Below, piece by piece: positions 9,029-17,280 of a stretch of DNA of 64,000 nt. Where the stretch lies: contig NZTO01000006.1 in NCBI GenBank assembly GCA_002703375.1, forward strand, positions 1,101-65,100. The letters run 5' to 3'. Positions within the stretch are counted from its first letter, which is position 1. The number at the start of each line of letters is the position of its first letter. This DNA is from Fidelibacterota bacterium (GTDB lineage Bacteria; Fidelibacterota; Marinisomatia; SCGC-AAA003-L08; GCA-002704045). The position numbers were made by a program, and so were the translations under genes. Under the pieces are notes generated by a model. That model was not told the DNA's origin. It made no database searches and was given only the letters and a program-made list of their open reading frames with translations.

Positions 9029-9918
9029 ATACAAAAATTTTAGATGGTATTGAAGTTGCTAAGTTTTTAAAAAAAAATATTAACGAGCAAATTTTATCCT
9101 TAAAAAAAAGAAATTTAAAACCTGGACTAGCAGCAATTCTTATTGGTTCCGATCCAGCATCACAAGTCTATGTTAAAAATAAAGAAAAGGTTTTTTCAAA
9201 ACATAATTGTTTAACAAAAACATTTAAATTCCCCGATGACAGTTCCGAAGAAGAAATTATTGATTTTATTAAAAAATTAAATAATGATGATGCTTTTCAT
9301 GGTATTCTTGTACAGTTACCCTTACCAAAAAGATTTAATACTAAAAAAATACTTCATTCGGTGAGTGCTCACAAGGATGTTGATGGTTTTCATCCATTCA
9401 ATTTAGGATTATTATTTGAGGGTAATCCAAATTTTATACCCTGTACGCCAAATGGAATTTTAGAAATTTTAAAGTATTACAATATAAAAACAACATCCAA
9501 AAATATTGTTATTATTGGTAGAAGTAATATTGTTGGTAAACCAATGTTTTCTTTATTATCTCAAAATTTTGAATTTGGTAATGCTACTGTGACTTTATGT
9601 CATTCCAAAACAGAAAACATTAGTAGTTATACAAAAAATGCAGATATTTTAATTGTTGCCGTTGGTTTACCCAATATGGTAGATGCAACTATGCTAAAAA
9701 AAGGTGTACATATTATAGACGTAGGTATAAACAGAGTGAATGATAATAGTAAAAAAGGTTATCATCTTGTCGGAGACGTCAATTTTAATTCTGCTATGGG
9801 TATTGCTAATAGTATAACACCTGTACCAGGAGGTGTTGGGCCATTAACAATAACAATGTTACTTCACAACACTGTTAAAGCTTGTGAATTATTTAGCACC
9901 CGTGGCTCAACTGGATAG
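9025..9918 (+). CDS. folD: Bifunctional methylenetetrahydrofolate dehydrogenase/methenyl-THF cyclohydrolase
   Basis: ILDG...PGLAAILIGSDPASQVYVKNK, GILVQLPLP, VDGFHPFNLG, CTPNGILE, GRSNIVGKP and PVPGGVGPLTITML. Confidence 0.95.
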   Translation: MNTKILDGIEVAKFLKKNINEQILSLKKRNLKPGLAAILIGSDPASQVYVKNKEKVFSKHNCLTKTFKFPDDSSEEEIIDFIKKLNNDDAFHGILVQLPLPKRFNTKKILHSVSAHKDVDGFHPFNLGLLFEGNPNFIPCTPNGILEILKYYNIKTTSKNIVIIGRSNIVGKPMFSLLSQNFEFGNATVTLCHSKTENISSYTKNADILIVAVGLPNMVDATMLKKGVHIIDVGINRVNDNSKKGYHLVGDVNFNSAMGIANSITPVPGGVGPLTITMLLHNTVKACELFSTRGSTG

Positions 9919-9969
9919 AGCTCTGGATTTCGGCTCCAGCGGTTGCAGGTTCGAATCCTGCCGGGTGTA
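9896..9969 (+). tRNA. tRNA-Arg (anticodon UCG)
   Basis: Acceptor gcacccg/cgggtgt (G1:U72), anticodon stem ctgga/tccag, loop ttTCGgc, T-arm gcagg-ttcgaat-cctgc. 74 nt. Confidence 0.85.
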
Positions 9970-10082
9970 CAAAATTATTAATAAATTAACTAAATAGAAA
10001 AAAAAAATATTTATTCAATATAATTTTATTATTAAATTTATTATCATTTTAGATAATTATTTATTTCAGAGGAGAACTTTAT

Positions 10083-10886
10083 ATGAATCTGGGTACATTA
10101 ATAGGTTTAGTTTTAGGTACAGCTTTGGTAGGGGCTGCGATGTATTTATCAGCGGTTGGTGCTGGTCAAACAATGATGGGGTACGTAGATACAGTAAGTT
10201 TTTTGATTGTATTAGGAGGAGCGCTATCTGCTGTATGTATAGCGTATAAGCTAAGTGATGTATTAACAATTTTTAAATCACTGGGTAGATTATTTAAAGA
10301 TGATAACTTTACACTTGGTGACGTCGTTGATGATGCTGTAGAACTTGCAACTGCTAACAGATCTGGACAATTAGAATCTCAAATAGATGGTACTCCATCA
10401 TCTATGCCTTTTAGAATGCATATGATTAAAAGTGGTATACAAATGATAGTTGATGGCAGCAAGTTAGAAGATATAGAGGAAATTTTATTGAATCAAGAAA
10501 AATTTCGTTACATTAGAGAAGATATTAATATGAATGTTATGAAAAAGCTTGGTGAGTATACTCCGGCTTTTGGTATGGTAGGAACCCTTGTAGGTTTGGT
10601 AATGATGCTTTATGGTATGGGTGCTGGAGAAAGTGAAAATATGGCAGCTAAGTTAGGTTTATCAATGGCTGTAGCTTTGATCACTACACTTTATGGAGCT
10701 CTATTTGCTAATTTCTTATTCTTACCTTTCGCAGATAAATTAGGAAATAAAAATCAAAATAAAAAAATCGAAAGTGCTTTATGTACTGAAGCAGTAATGT
10801 TAATTGCAAAAAAAGTACATCCCATTACTGTTAGAGAAAGATTAAATGCTTTTATCCCAAGAAAAGATAGAAAGGTCGAAGAATAG
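10083..10886 (+). CDS. pomA: Flagellar-type stator A subunit, PomA/MotA-like
   Basis: Four TM segments. MNLGTLIGLVLG, PAFGMVGTLVGLVMML and MAVALITTLYGALFANFLFLPFADKL closely parallel my memory of Vibrio PomA. Confidence 0.8.
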   Translation: MNLGTLIGLVLGTALVGAAMYLSAVGAGQTMMGYVDTVSFLIVLGGALSAVCIAYKLSDVLTIFKSLGRLFKDDNFTLGDVVDDAVELATANRSGQLESQIDGTPSSMPFRMHMIKSGIQMIVDGSKLEDIEEILLNQEKFRYIREDINMNVMKKLGEYTPAFGMVGTLVGLVMMLYGMGAGESENMAAKLGLSMAVALITTLYGALFANFLFLPFADKLGNKNQNKKIESALCTEAVMLIAKKVHPITVRERLNAFIPRKDRKVEE

Positions 10887-11671
10887 TGCCAAAAGAGTTT
10901 ACTGAAGACGATTGTCCTGAATGCCCACCTGAGGGCCTACCAATTTGGATGGGTACATTTGCAGACATGATGACCTTATTGTTTGCATTTTTTGTTCTAC
11001 TATTTTCAATGGCTAGAATGGATCCAGTTAAAATGGCTGAAATGGCTGAAGCTATGACTGAGCATGCCAGCGGAGCTAAAGAACCTGGTGAAGAGGGAAT
11101 GGAACCCCCTAAAAGTTCAGCTGCTATTAAAGAAGAATTAAAAGAAATTAAAGAAGAATTGCCTGAATCTATTTCAGATAAAGTTTCAGTTTCTTCAGAT
11201 GCTTTGGGAGTCGCACTCGAAATGCAGGGAGATATATGTTTTAGAGGAGGTTCTGTTGATATGAACCAAGCAATGATGGATATTTTAGATGTTGCCTCTG
11301 AGGCATTAATGACCCATCCTAAAGACTTGAGAAGAATTTATGTTCAAGGTCATTCAGATAATATGCCTGTTAGTGGTAAGTTAAAAGAAAAATATCCTAC
11401 AAACTGGGAACTTTCTGCTGCTAGGGCTGCTGTTGTTGTAAATTATCTTATTTCTGCAAAAGGTATAAACCCTACTCGGCTACAAGCCTCTGGATTTGCC
11501 GATAGATGGCCATCAGGAATTGATTTTATGGATATGAGAGAAACAGTTTTAGATACCGTTACGGGAACTTACAGCGCCTATGTAGATGACGCTCTTATTC
11601 GTAAATACAATAACACATCTGCTAAACAAGCAAAAAATAGACGTATTAAGATTATTTTTTCACCAAGTTAA
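10886..11671 (+). CDS. pomB: Flagellar-type stator B subunit, PomB/MotB-like with OmpA-like C-terminal domain
   Basis: CPECPPEGLPIWMGTFADMMTLLFAFFVLLFS parallels the PomB N-terminus CDCPPPGLPLWMGTFADLMSLL. Channel Asp codon at 10964-10966. OmpA-like GHSDN...NWELSAARAAVVVNYL. Confidence 0.8.
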   Translation: MPKEFTEDDCPECPPEGLPIWMGTFADMMTLLFAFFVLLFSMARMDPVKMAEMAEAMTEHASGAKEPGEEGMEPPKSSAAIKEELKEIKEELPESISDKVSVSSDALGVALEMQGDICFRGGSVDMNQAMMDILDVASEALMTHPKDLRRIYVQGHSDNMPVSGKLKEKYPTNWELSAARAAVVVNYLISAKGINPTRLQASGFADRWPSGIDFMDMRETVLDTVTGTYSAYVDDALIRKYNNTSAKQAKNRRIKIIFSPS

Positions 11672-11859
11672 AAATTACCAGCTTCATCATATTCTTCATC
11701 CATATTAACTTTTCTATTTATGATTAGTCTTTTTATACAAAGTAGTATTATTACAACTCCAATTATTTTTATTAATTGATAGAATATGAGCAATTTTGTA
11801 CCGCTACCGAGCAAAGTAATAATAGTATCGTTAATTTCTACAGCTATTTTATTTAACAT
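11668..11859 (-). CDS. Hypothetical small single-pass membrane protein with acidic C-terminus
   Basis: 63 aa. TM LLIFYQLIKIIGVVIILLCI, basic stretch, then MDEEYDEAGNF. Lies downstream of the methyltransferase gene on the same strand. Coding status uncertain. Confidence 0.4.
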   Translation of the reverse strand: MLNKIAVEINDTIITLLGSGTKLLIFYQLIKIIGVVIILLCIKRLIINRKVNMDEEYDEAGNF

Positions 11860-11937
11860 TTTTATTGTTTTTTATGATAAATAGATCAGTTAATTTTATA
11901 ATATTTATCGTCATTTTTTTAATGATTTTTTTACTTT

Positions 11938-13515
11938 TTATCGTTGATTAATATAATTTATACTGATCGTCGCTGATTCATTATTAGGAAATTTAAAGCT
12001 ATTCTCAAAATCGATTTTTAAACCTGATTTTTTTACACACTCAATGAATCTATCTAATTCTAGTATATATTGATCTGAAAATCCGTGAGTTGCATCATAA
12101 GGAATTGATAAAGATCGCCCAATTAACATTGAACATAGTTTAGGATCAATAGAGTGTAATTCCAGCAAAATGAGCCCGTGCTTTGATATATATGGTTTCC
12201 ATTTTAAAAAATGTTCAATCAAATTACTTTCTAACATCGAATTTGATATCCACCTTCCTTTTGATGAAAAGCAACAAGATGATTCTGATATATTAGTAAA
12301 ATTGTTTTTAGGTTCTGAAAATACCCGATTATGGTCTAAAAATGTTCTAACATTAAGGAAATCATTTAAATTTAAATTTAACAATTCTTTGACTTTTTTG
12401 TTAAAATGATTTGGATTACTTATATCAGCTTTGATTAATGTATAATCAATAAAATTTTCTTTTAAATTTTTATCGGTTTCTTTTAGTGCCTCGTTGTTAT
12501 AGTCAGCTCCAATGAATTTTAAAGGAAACTCTTTTATGTATTTATATCGTTTTGTTTTTTTTATTAATTCATTTAAATGTAATATAAAAGTTCCATCACC
12601 ACAACCCATATCAGCAATACCAATTGGTTGTTTTTCAATTGGTTTATTAAATATTTTTAATACTATTAAATCGATATACTTAAAATAGGTTTTGTGAGAA
12701 CCACCACTAGCCCAAACATTCAAAGGTCTATTTACATGAATTTCTTTTTTTATATTTGTATTAATTTTTAAAATTTCACTGTTCCCAAAAATCAACTCAT
12801 TGGTTTTAATAAATGTAGGTAGATAAGAAACTGTTACTCCATAAGCAGAGGCTATTTTAAAAGCGTATTTTCCTTGTTTTGTAATATTGTATTCATTGTC
12901 AATCCAACCCTCAATTGATAAAATTTTTAGTATGATTTTAAATTTATCATAAGTTTTAACTATGTAGTTTAATTTATTTTGATTTAAAAGATTATTGTAA
13001 GCAAGAGATGTAATTATTGGACTTATTAAGATTCCATTTAAATGGGATATTATTTCTTTGTTATATTTTATATTTTTATCTAATCCCCAATGTAATTTAG
13101 AAAGTTTAAGTAATTCTTCTAATAAAAGATAATGTTTTGAATTAATATTCTTATGAAACATTAGTTTATTATTAACACATTCTAAAAAGTAATCTATACA
13201 GAAATTGTACTCATCAAAATAATTAAAAAAATGCAATCCTTTTTTTGTAATATGGTATGATATATTTTTACCATCTGATATAATTTTTTGATTAATCAAA
13301 CCTTGCGAAGATAATAATCTAAGGGCAACATTCATATAGCCAACATTGAAAGAAAATTTTTTTTGTAACATATATGTATCAAATGTTTTATTAGTTCTTA
13401 AAAAGGAAGTTAACTTATTTTTATTAAAACTATTTATTATTGCGGAGATTGAAAATCCATCAAGATGATTAAAAATTACTTTTCTTATTTTTTGTTTTTC
13501 AATTTTTGATATCAT
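11938..13515 (-). CDS. Class I SAM-dependent methyltransferase with about 290-aa N-terminal extension (two winged-helix-like segments)
   Basis: Motif I IGIADMGCGDGTF (plus-strand about 12590-12628), acidic post-I FIGADYN. Two segments of the type L..L...G(L/W)I......Y.(I/L)TK.G in the N-terminal half. Confidence 0.6.
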   Translation of the reverse strand: MISKIEKQKIRKVIFNHLDGFSISAIINSFNKNKLTSFLRTNKTFDTYMLQKKFSFNVGYMNVALRLLSSQGLINQKIISDGKNISYHITKKGLHFFNYFDEYNFCIDYFLECVNNKLMFHKNINSKHYLLLEELLKLSKLHWGLDKNIKYNKEIISHLNGILISPIITSLAYNNLLNQNKLNYIVKTYDKFKIILKILSIEGWIDNEYNITKQGKYAFKIASAYGVTVSYLPTFIKTNELIFGNSEILKINTNIKKEIHVNRPLNVWASGGSHKTYFKYIDLIVLKIFNKPIEKQPIGIADMGCGDGTFILHLNELIKKTKRYKYIKEFPLKFIGADYNNEALKETDKNLKENFIDYTLIKADISNPNHFNKKVKELLNLNLNDFLNVRTFLDHNRVFSEPKNNFTNISESSCCFSSKGRWISNSMLESNLIEHFLKWKPYISKHGLILLELHSIDPKLCSMLIGRSLSIPYDATHGFSDQYILELDRFIECVKKSGLKIDFENSFKFPNNESATISINYINQR

Positions 13516-13625
13516 ATGAGTTAATACTTAAATTTCGCTAGAGATATGTTGTCTCATAACATATATTTATTATGTTAAAGTTTACATAATAATTTATCTT
13601 AGTTTAAATAAAAAAAGGAGTTTGC

Positions 13626-16139
13626 ATGAAATCTATAGATTTCAAAAGCTTTATAATAGGCATTTTATCAACAACATCATTATTACTATTGGTTAATTCT
13701 GATAGTAAAATGAATGAAATGAAAAATTTAACAGTAGAACAGTTAACGATAACTAAAGGTCTACAAATAGTTAATGACAATGACGAAAAAGCTGTATCTA
13801 TATATTCTAAGGCTGGAGGTGGTGTTTTAAAAATGTATAATAAGTATGGAAAAAACACTGCATATTTAGGAACAGGTGGAGGAGATAAAGGCGGCTTTAA
13901 AATTTATAACAAAGATGGTGATGATATTGCTTTTATTAGTGCAACAAAATCAAATAAAGGATTTATTCAGATATATAATTCAGATAGCAAATCCATAGCT
14001 AAGTTATCTGCAGATGAAAATAACTCTGGTTTATTAACTTTAAAAGATAAAAATGATGCTATTATTTTTGAAAGTAATAATATTGAACAAAAAGGATCAT
14101 CAATAGATATGTCCAGTGACGATTTGTATCTTGGTAATTTAAAAGTTAAATCTCTATCTGTTATTGATGAAAATGATTTTGTTAAGGGGTCCTTTTTTAT
14201 AAACGATGATGAAAATGCTCAAATTAATTTATCACAAAATGATAAAGAAATTATTTATCCTACTAACATTGATCAAGATACTACATCATCAGATGATAAA
14301 ATTGATTTACAACAAAATTTAGGTGATGTAAGAGTAAATTCTATTTCAATATTTGATGCTGATGATAAACTTAAATTAAAAATTGGAATTGATGAAGAAA
14401 ATAGTGGTTATCTTCAAGTTACTAATGAAGTTGAAGACTATTTCTATCCTTCAGGTTTAGATGATATTGATTTAAATAATTTAGATCATATTACTGTGAA
14501 ATCATTAAAGATTAAGGATAGTGAAAATAATGAAAAAGTTTTCTTAGGGCTTAATGAAAATAATGATGGTCTATTAAGTTTTAATGATAATGATGAAATA
14601 ATAAAATATCCAAATGAAGAAAAATCTGATGATTTAAATTTAGAAAATTTAGGGGATATTACAGTAAACTCAATTAAGGTTCTTAATTCAACTGGAATTC
14701 CAGTTGGTTTAATTGGACAAGATAATTCAGGAAATGGAAGAATTGATTTAAGAAATTCAACTGGACAAGAAACAAGCTTTACTTCTGAAAATGTTTTACA
14801 AAAAGGTGACAATTTAGGAGATGTAAATGTTAGTTCTCTAAATGTAATAAATCCTGAAAATGAAGTTTTGATAACACTTGAAGAACACAAAGCAGGATAT
14901 GGTGTAATTAAAGCTAAAAATCCTGCTGGCAATGTTGTTTTTGCATCTGATGATATAAATGTAATTCAAGGGCAAGACACATCAAAATCTGAATCTAGTA
15001 TATCTTCAGATGATATTAAAGTAAAGAGTCTAACATTAATTGATGATAATGGAAAAAAAATTGGTTTTTTTGGTAAAAATAATGAAGGCAAACCTGAGCT
15101 AAAAATGTACAATACATTTCAAGATATATCTTTGTCTTTACAAACCTCAAATAATGATGGGGGTAAAATATCTTTGTTTGACTCTATGTCAAATGAATTT
15201 TTTGTTGTTAATGATCAAACAAAAGGACTATTTACGAATAATTTGTCATCAAATAATTTAACTTCAAAAGAGTTCTCTTCTGAATTGGTTAATTCAAAAG
15301 AATTAAATGTTAGAAGTCTTGAAGTAGAAAATATTAAAACAAGTAAAATATCAGTTAATAATTCAAATGGAGATAGTAAAGTTTTATTGTCAGTTGATGA
15401 TAATGATGTTGGTTCCATTGAGACATATTCATCAGAAAGTACTATTAAATTCAATTCTAATGAAATTGAAACCGGTAATATTGGTGATAATATTGAAGCG
15501 AAATCTTTGACAATATTATCAGAAAATGGTGATAAAAGAATTTTTATCGGAACAGACACAAATAACAACGGAATATTAAATTTTCAAAATGAATTTGGTA
15601 TAACTACAAATAGTGTTAAAACTGATATTGATGGTAATGGAAATATTGAGTTATTTAATAATACTGGTCAAAAAATTGTCTCACTACAAAGAGGAACTGG
15701 AGATGGTGGTTTAATAAATATTTATAATAGAAATAATGAAAATATTACTCAAATTGGTGTAGATCAAAATGGACTTTTAGGTAAAATATCGAGAATCAAC
15801 AATCTTGAGATTATCAATCAATTTGATTATGTTACTTCAAGATTAGGTAATGATATTACTGGTCAAGGATCATTAACAATTTCCAATCAAGAGGGTAATC
15901 CTAGTACTACTTTAGGTACTCTATCAACTGGTAAGGGAGGTGGTTTCATTTCATACAGCTCAGAGGGTAAGATTACCTCATTTTTAGGTACAAATGATAA
16001 TAGTGGCGGAATTTTAATGTCATTTAATAAACATGCTAAAAGGACCACATATTTAGGAACAAATAAAAGCGATTACGGTATGATACTCTTAAGTAGTAGA
16101 GGTGGTGTAACACGTTGGGGTAGAGAAGGCAATGAATAA
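13626..16139 (+). CDS. Membrane-anchored or secreted tandem-repeat protein of unknown function
   Basis: AGGAG SD then ATG. N-terminal hydrophobic anchor FIIGILSTTSLLLLV. At least 8 repeats carrying x-V-[KNS]-S-[LI]-x-[VIL] followed by Gly/Asn-rich hairpin-like units. Confidence 0.8.
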   Translation: MKSIDFKSFIIGILSTTSLLLLVNSDSKMNEMKNLTVEQLTITKGLQIVNDNDEKAVSIYSKAGGGVLKMYNKYGKNTAYLGTGGGDKGGFKIYNKDGDDIAFISATKSNKGFIQIYNSDSKSIAKLSADENNSGLLTLKDKNDAIIFESNNIEQKGSSIDMSSDDLYLGNLKVKSLSVIDENDFVKGSFFINDDENAQINLSQNDKEIIYPTNIDQDTTSSDDKIDLQQNLGDVRVNSISIFDADDKLKLKIGIDEENSGYLQVTNEVEDYFYPSGLDDIDLNNLDHITVKSLKIKDSENNEKVFLGLNENNDGLLSFNDNDEIIKYPNEEKSDDLNLENLGDITVNSIKVLNSTGIPVGLIGQDNSGNGRIDLRNSTGQETSFTSENVLQKGDNLGDVNVSSLNVINPENEVLITLEEHKAGYGVIKAKNPAGNVVFASDDINVIQGQDTSKSESSISSDDIKVKSLTLIDDNGKKIGFFGKNNEGKPELKMYNTFQDISLSLQTSNNDGGKISLFDSMSNEFFVVNDQTKGLFTNNLSSNNLTSKEFSSELVNSKELNVRSLEVENIKTSKISVNNSNGDSKVLLSVDDNDVGSIETYSSESTIKFNSNEIETGNIGDNIEAKSLTILSENGDKRIFIGTDTNNNGILNFQNEFGITTNSVKTDIDGNGNIELFNNTGQKIVSLQRGTGDGGLINIYNRNNENITQIGVDQNGLLGKISRINNLEIINQFDYVTSRLGNDITGQGSLTISNQEGNPSTTLGTLSTGKGGGFISYSSEGKITSFLGTNDNSGGILMSFNKHAKRTTYLGTNKSDYGMILLSSRGGVTRWGREGNE
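14134..15695 (+). repeat. Protein-level tandem repeats, period about 55-64 aa
   Basis: Anchor motifs at residues 172, 235, 289, 345, 400, 464, 560 and 623: LKVKSLSVI, VRVNSISIF, ITVKSLKIK, ITVNSIKVL, VNVSSLNVI, IKVKSLTLI, LNVRSLEVE, IEAKSLTIL. Confidence 0.75.
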
Positions 16140-17241
16140 AAAAAGAAGTCTAGTTCCGATCCATATAAGCAAATTAAAGCCTTACATAGCTGGAAAAAGA
16201 ATAGAAGAAGTAAAAAAAGAGCATAATTTATCAAACATTATCAAACTGTCCTCTAATGAAAATCCTCTTGGTTCGTCACCTTTAGCAATTGATTCAATTA
16301 CAAGTTCAAATATTGATTTTCATAGATATCCAGACTCATCAGGTTATGATCTTAGAAAAAAAATTGCGAATAAATTTGAAGTTAAAATTGAAAATGTAAT
16401 ACTTGGTAGTGGAAGTGAAGGTATTATGTCATCAATAATGAGAACATTCTTATCAAGTGATGATGAAATAATTAGCTCTAAAAATTCTTTTATTGGTTTT
16501 AGAGTTCTAGCTAATGCTAGCGGTATTAAAACTAATTGGGTACCAATGGAAAACTACAAATATGATTTACCAGCTATATCCAAATTTATTAATGATAAAA
16601 CAAAATTAATTTATTTAGCTAATCCAGATAATCCAACGGGAACATATTTTAATAAATTAAAATTTGATGATTTTATGAATAATGTTCCAAAAAACGTCTT
16701 AGTTATTCTTGATGAAGCATACTTCGAATATGCAAAAGATAATGAAGATTTCCCTGATTCAATGTTTTATAGGTACGATAATGTAATTACTTTAAGAACT
16801 TTTTCAAAAATATATGGTTTAGCTTCATTAAGAATTGGCTATGGTTTTGCACATGAAAGATTAATTAACAATTTAATGAAAGTTAAATTACCTTTTGAGC
16901 CATCAACGGTTGCTCAATTGGCTGCAATATCAGCAATTGATGATGATGATTTTATGAAAAAATCTATTTTTGAAAATAAAATAAATAAAATTAAAATATA
17001 TGAATCATTAAAAAATAAAAAATTAAATTACATTGAATCTGCAACAAATTTTGTTACCTTAATCTTTAAAAGTGGTGATGAAGCTAAATATTTTTGTGAT
17101 TATATGCTATCTAAAGGAATTATTCTAAGGAATTTAAAAGGTTTTGGTATAGATAATTGCATACGTATTTCTATTGGTAACAATAAAGAAACAAATTCAT
17201 TTTTGAAAATTTTAGATGATTTTTATTTTAATGTTACCTAA
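16132..17241 (+). CDS. hisC: Histidinol-phosphate aminotransferase
   Basis: KLSSNENPLGSSP, LANPDNPTG, DEAYFEY and RTFSKIYGLASLRIGY are class-II aminotransferase HisC motifs. Confidence 0.9.
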   Translation: MNKKRSLVPIHISKLKPYIAGKRIEEVKKEHNLSNIIKLSSNENPLGSSPLAIDSITSSNIDFHRYPDSSGYDLRKKIANKFEVKIENVILGSGSEGIMSSIMRTFLSSDDEIISSKNSFIGFRVLANASGIKTNWVPMENYKYDLPAISKFINDKTKLIYLANPDNPTGTYFNKLKFDDFMNNVPKNVLVILDEAYFEYAKDNEDFPDSMFYRYDNVITLRTFSKIYGLASLRIGYGFAHERLINNLMKVKLPFEPSTVAQLAAISAIDDDDFMKKSIFENKINKIKIYESLKNKKLNYIESATNFVTLIFKSGDEAKYFCDYMLSKGIILRNLKGFGIDNCIRISIGNNKETNSFLKILDDFYFNVT

Positions 17242-17280
17242 AGCACATAATTTTATATATTAATATTATTACATTCCTTT

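Noticed and set aside
10083-11671. pomAB looked GC-richer than surrounding DNA (hand counts of 25/60, 27/60, 30/60 and 29/60), which suggested horizontal acquisition next to tRNA-Arg
   Set aside because: Control counts in conserved native genes were similar: 28/60 in a trkH segment and 22/60 in pnp. The difference is not diagnostic without a proper codon-usage or k-mer analysis. No integrase or direct repeat of the tRNA 3' end was seen.
10083-11671. Considered a Zorya-like (ZorAB) anti-phage module
   Set aside because: The A subunit is 267 aa with ordinary MotA/PomA topology and no long C-terminal tail. The B subunit is PomB-like. No ZorC/D/E-like genes (helicase, nuclease) follow.
14486-15568. 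148-aa and 117-aa antisense ORFs inside the repeat-protein gene, and the 84-aa ORF at 13604-13858 overlapping its start
   Set aside because: They are by-products of the repetitive, stop-poor sense sequence. The sense frame has an SD, a signal anchor and a coherent repeat structure.
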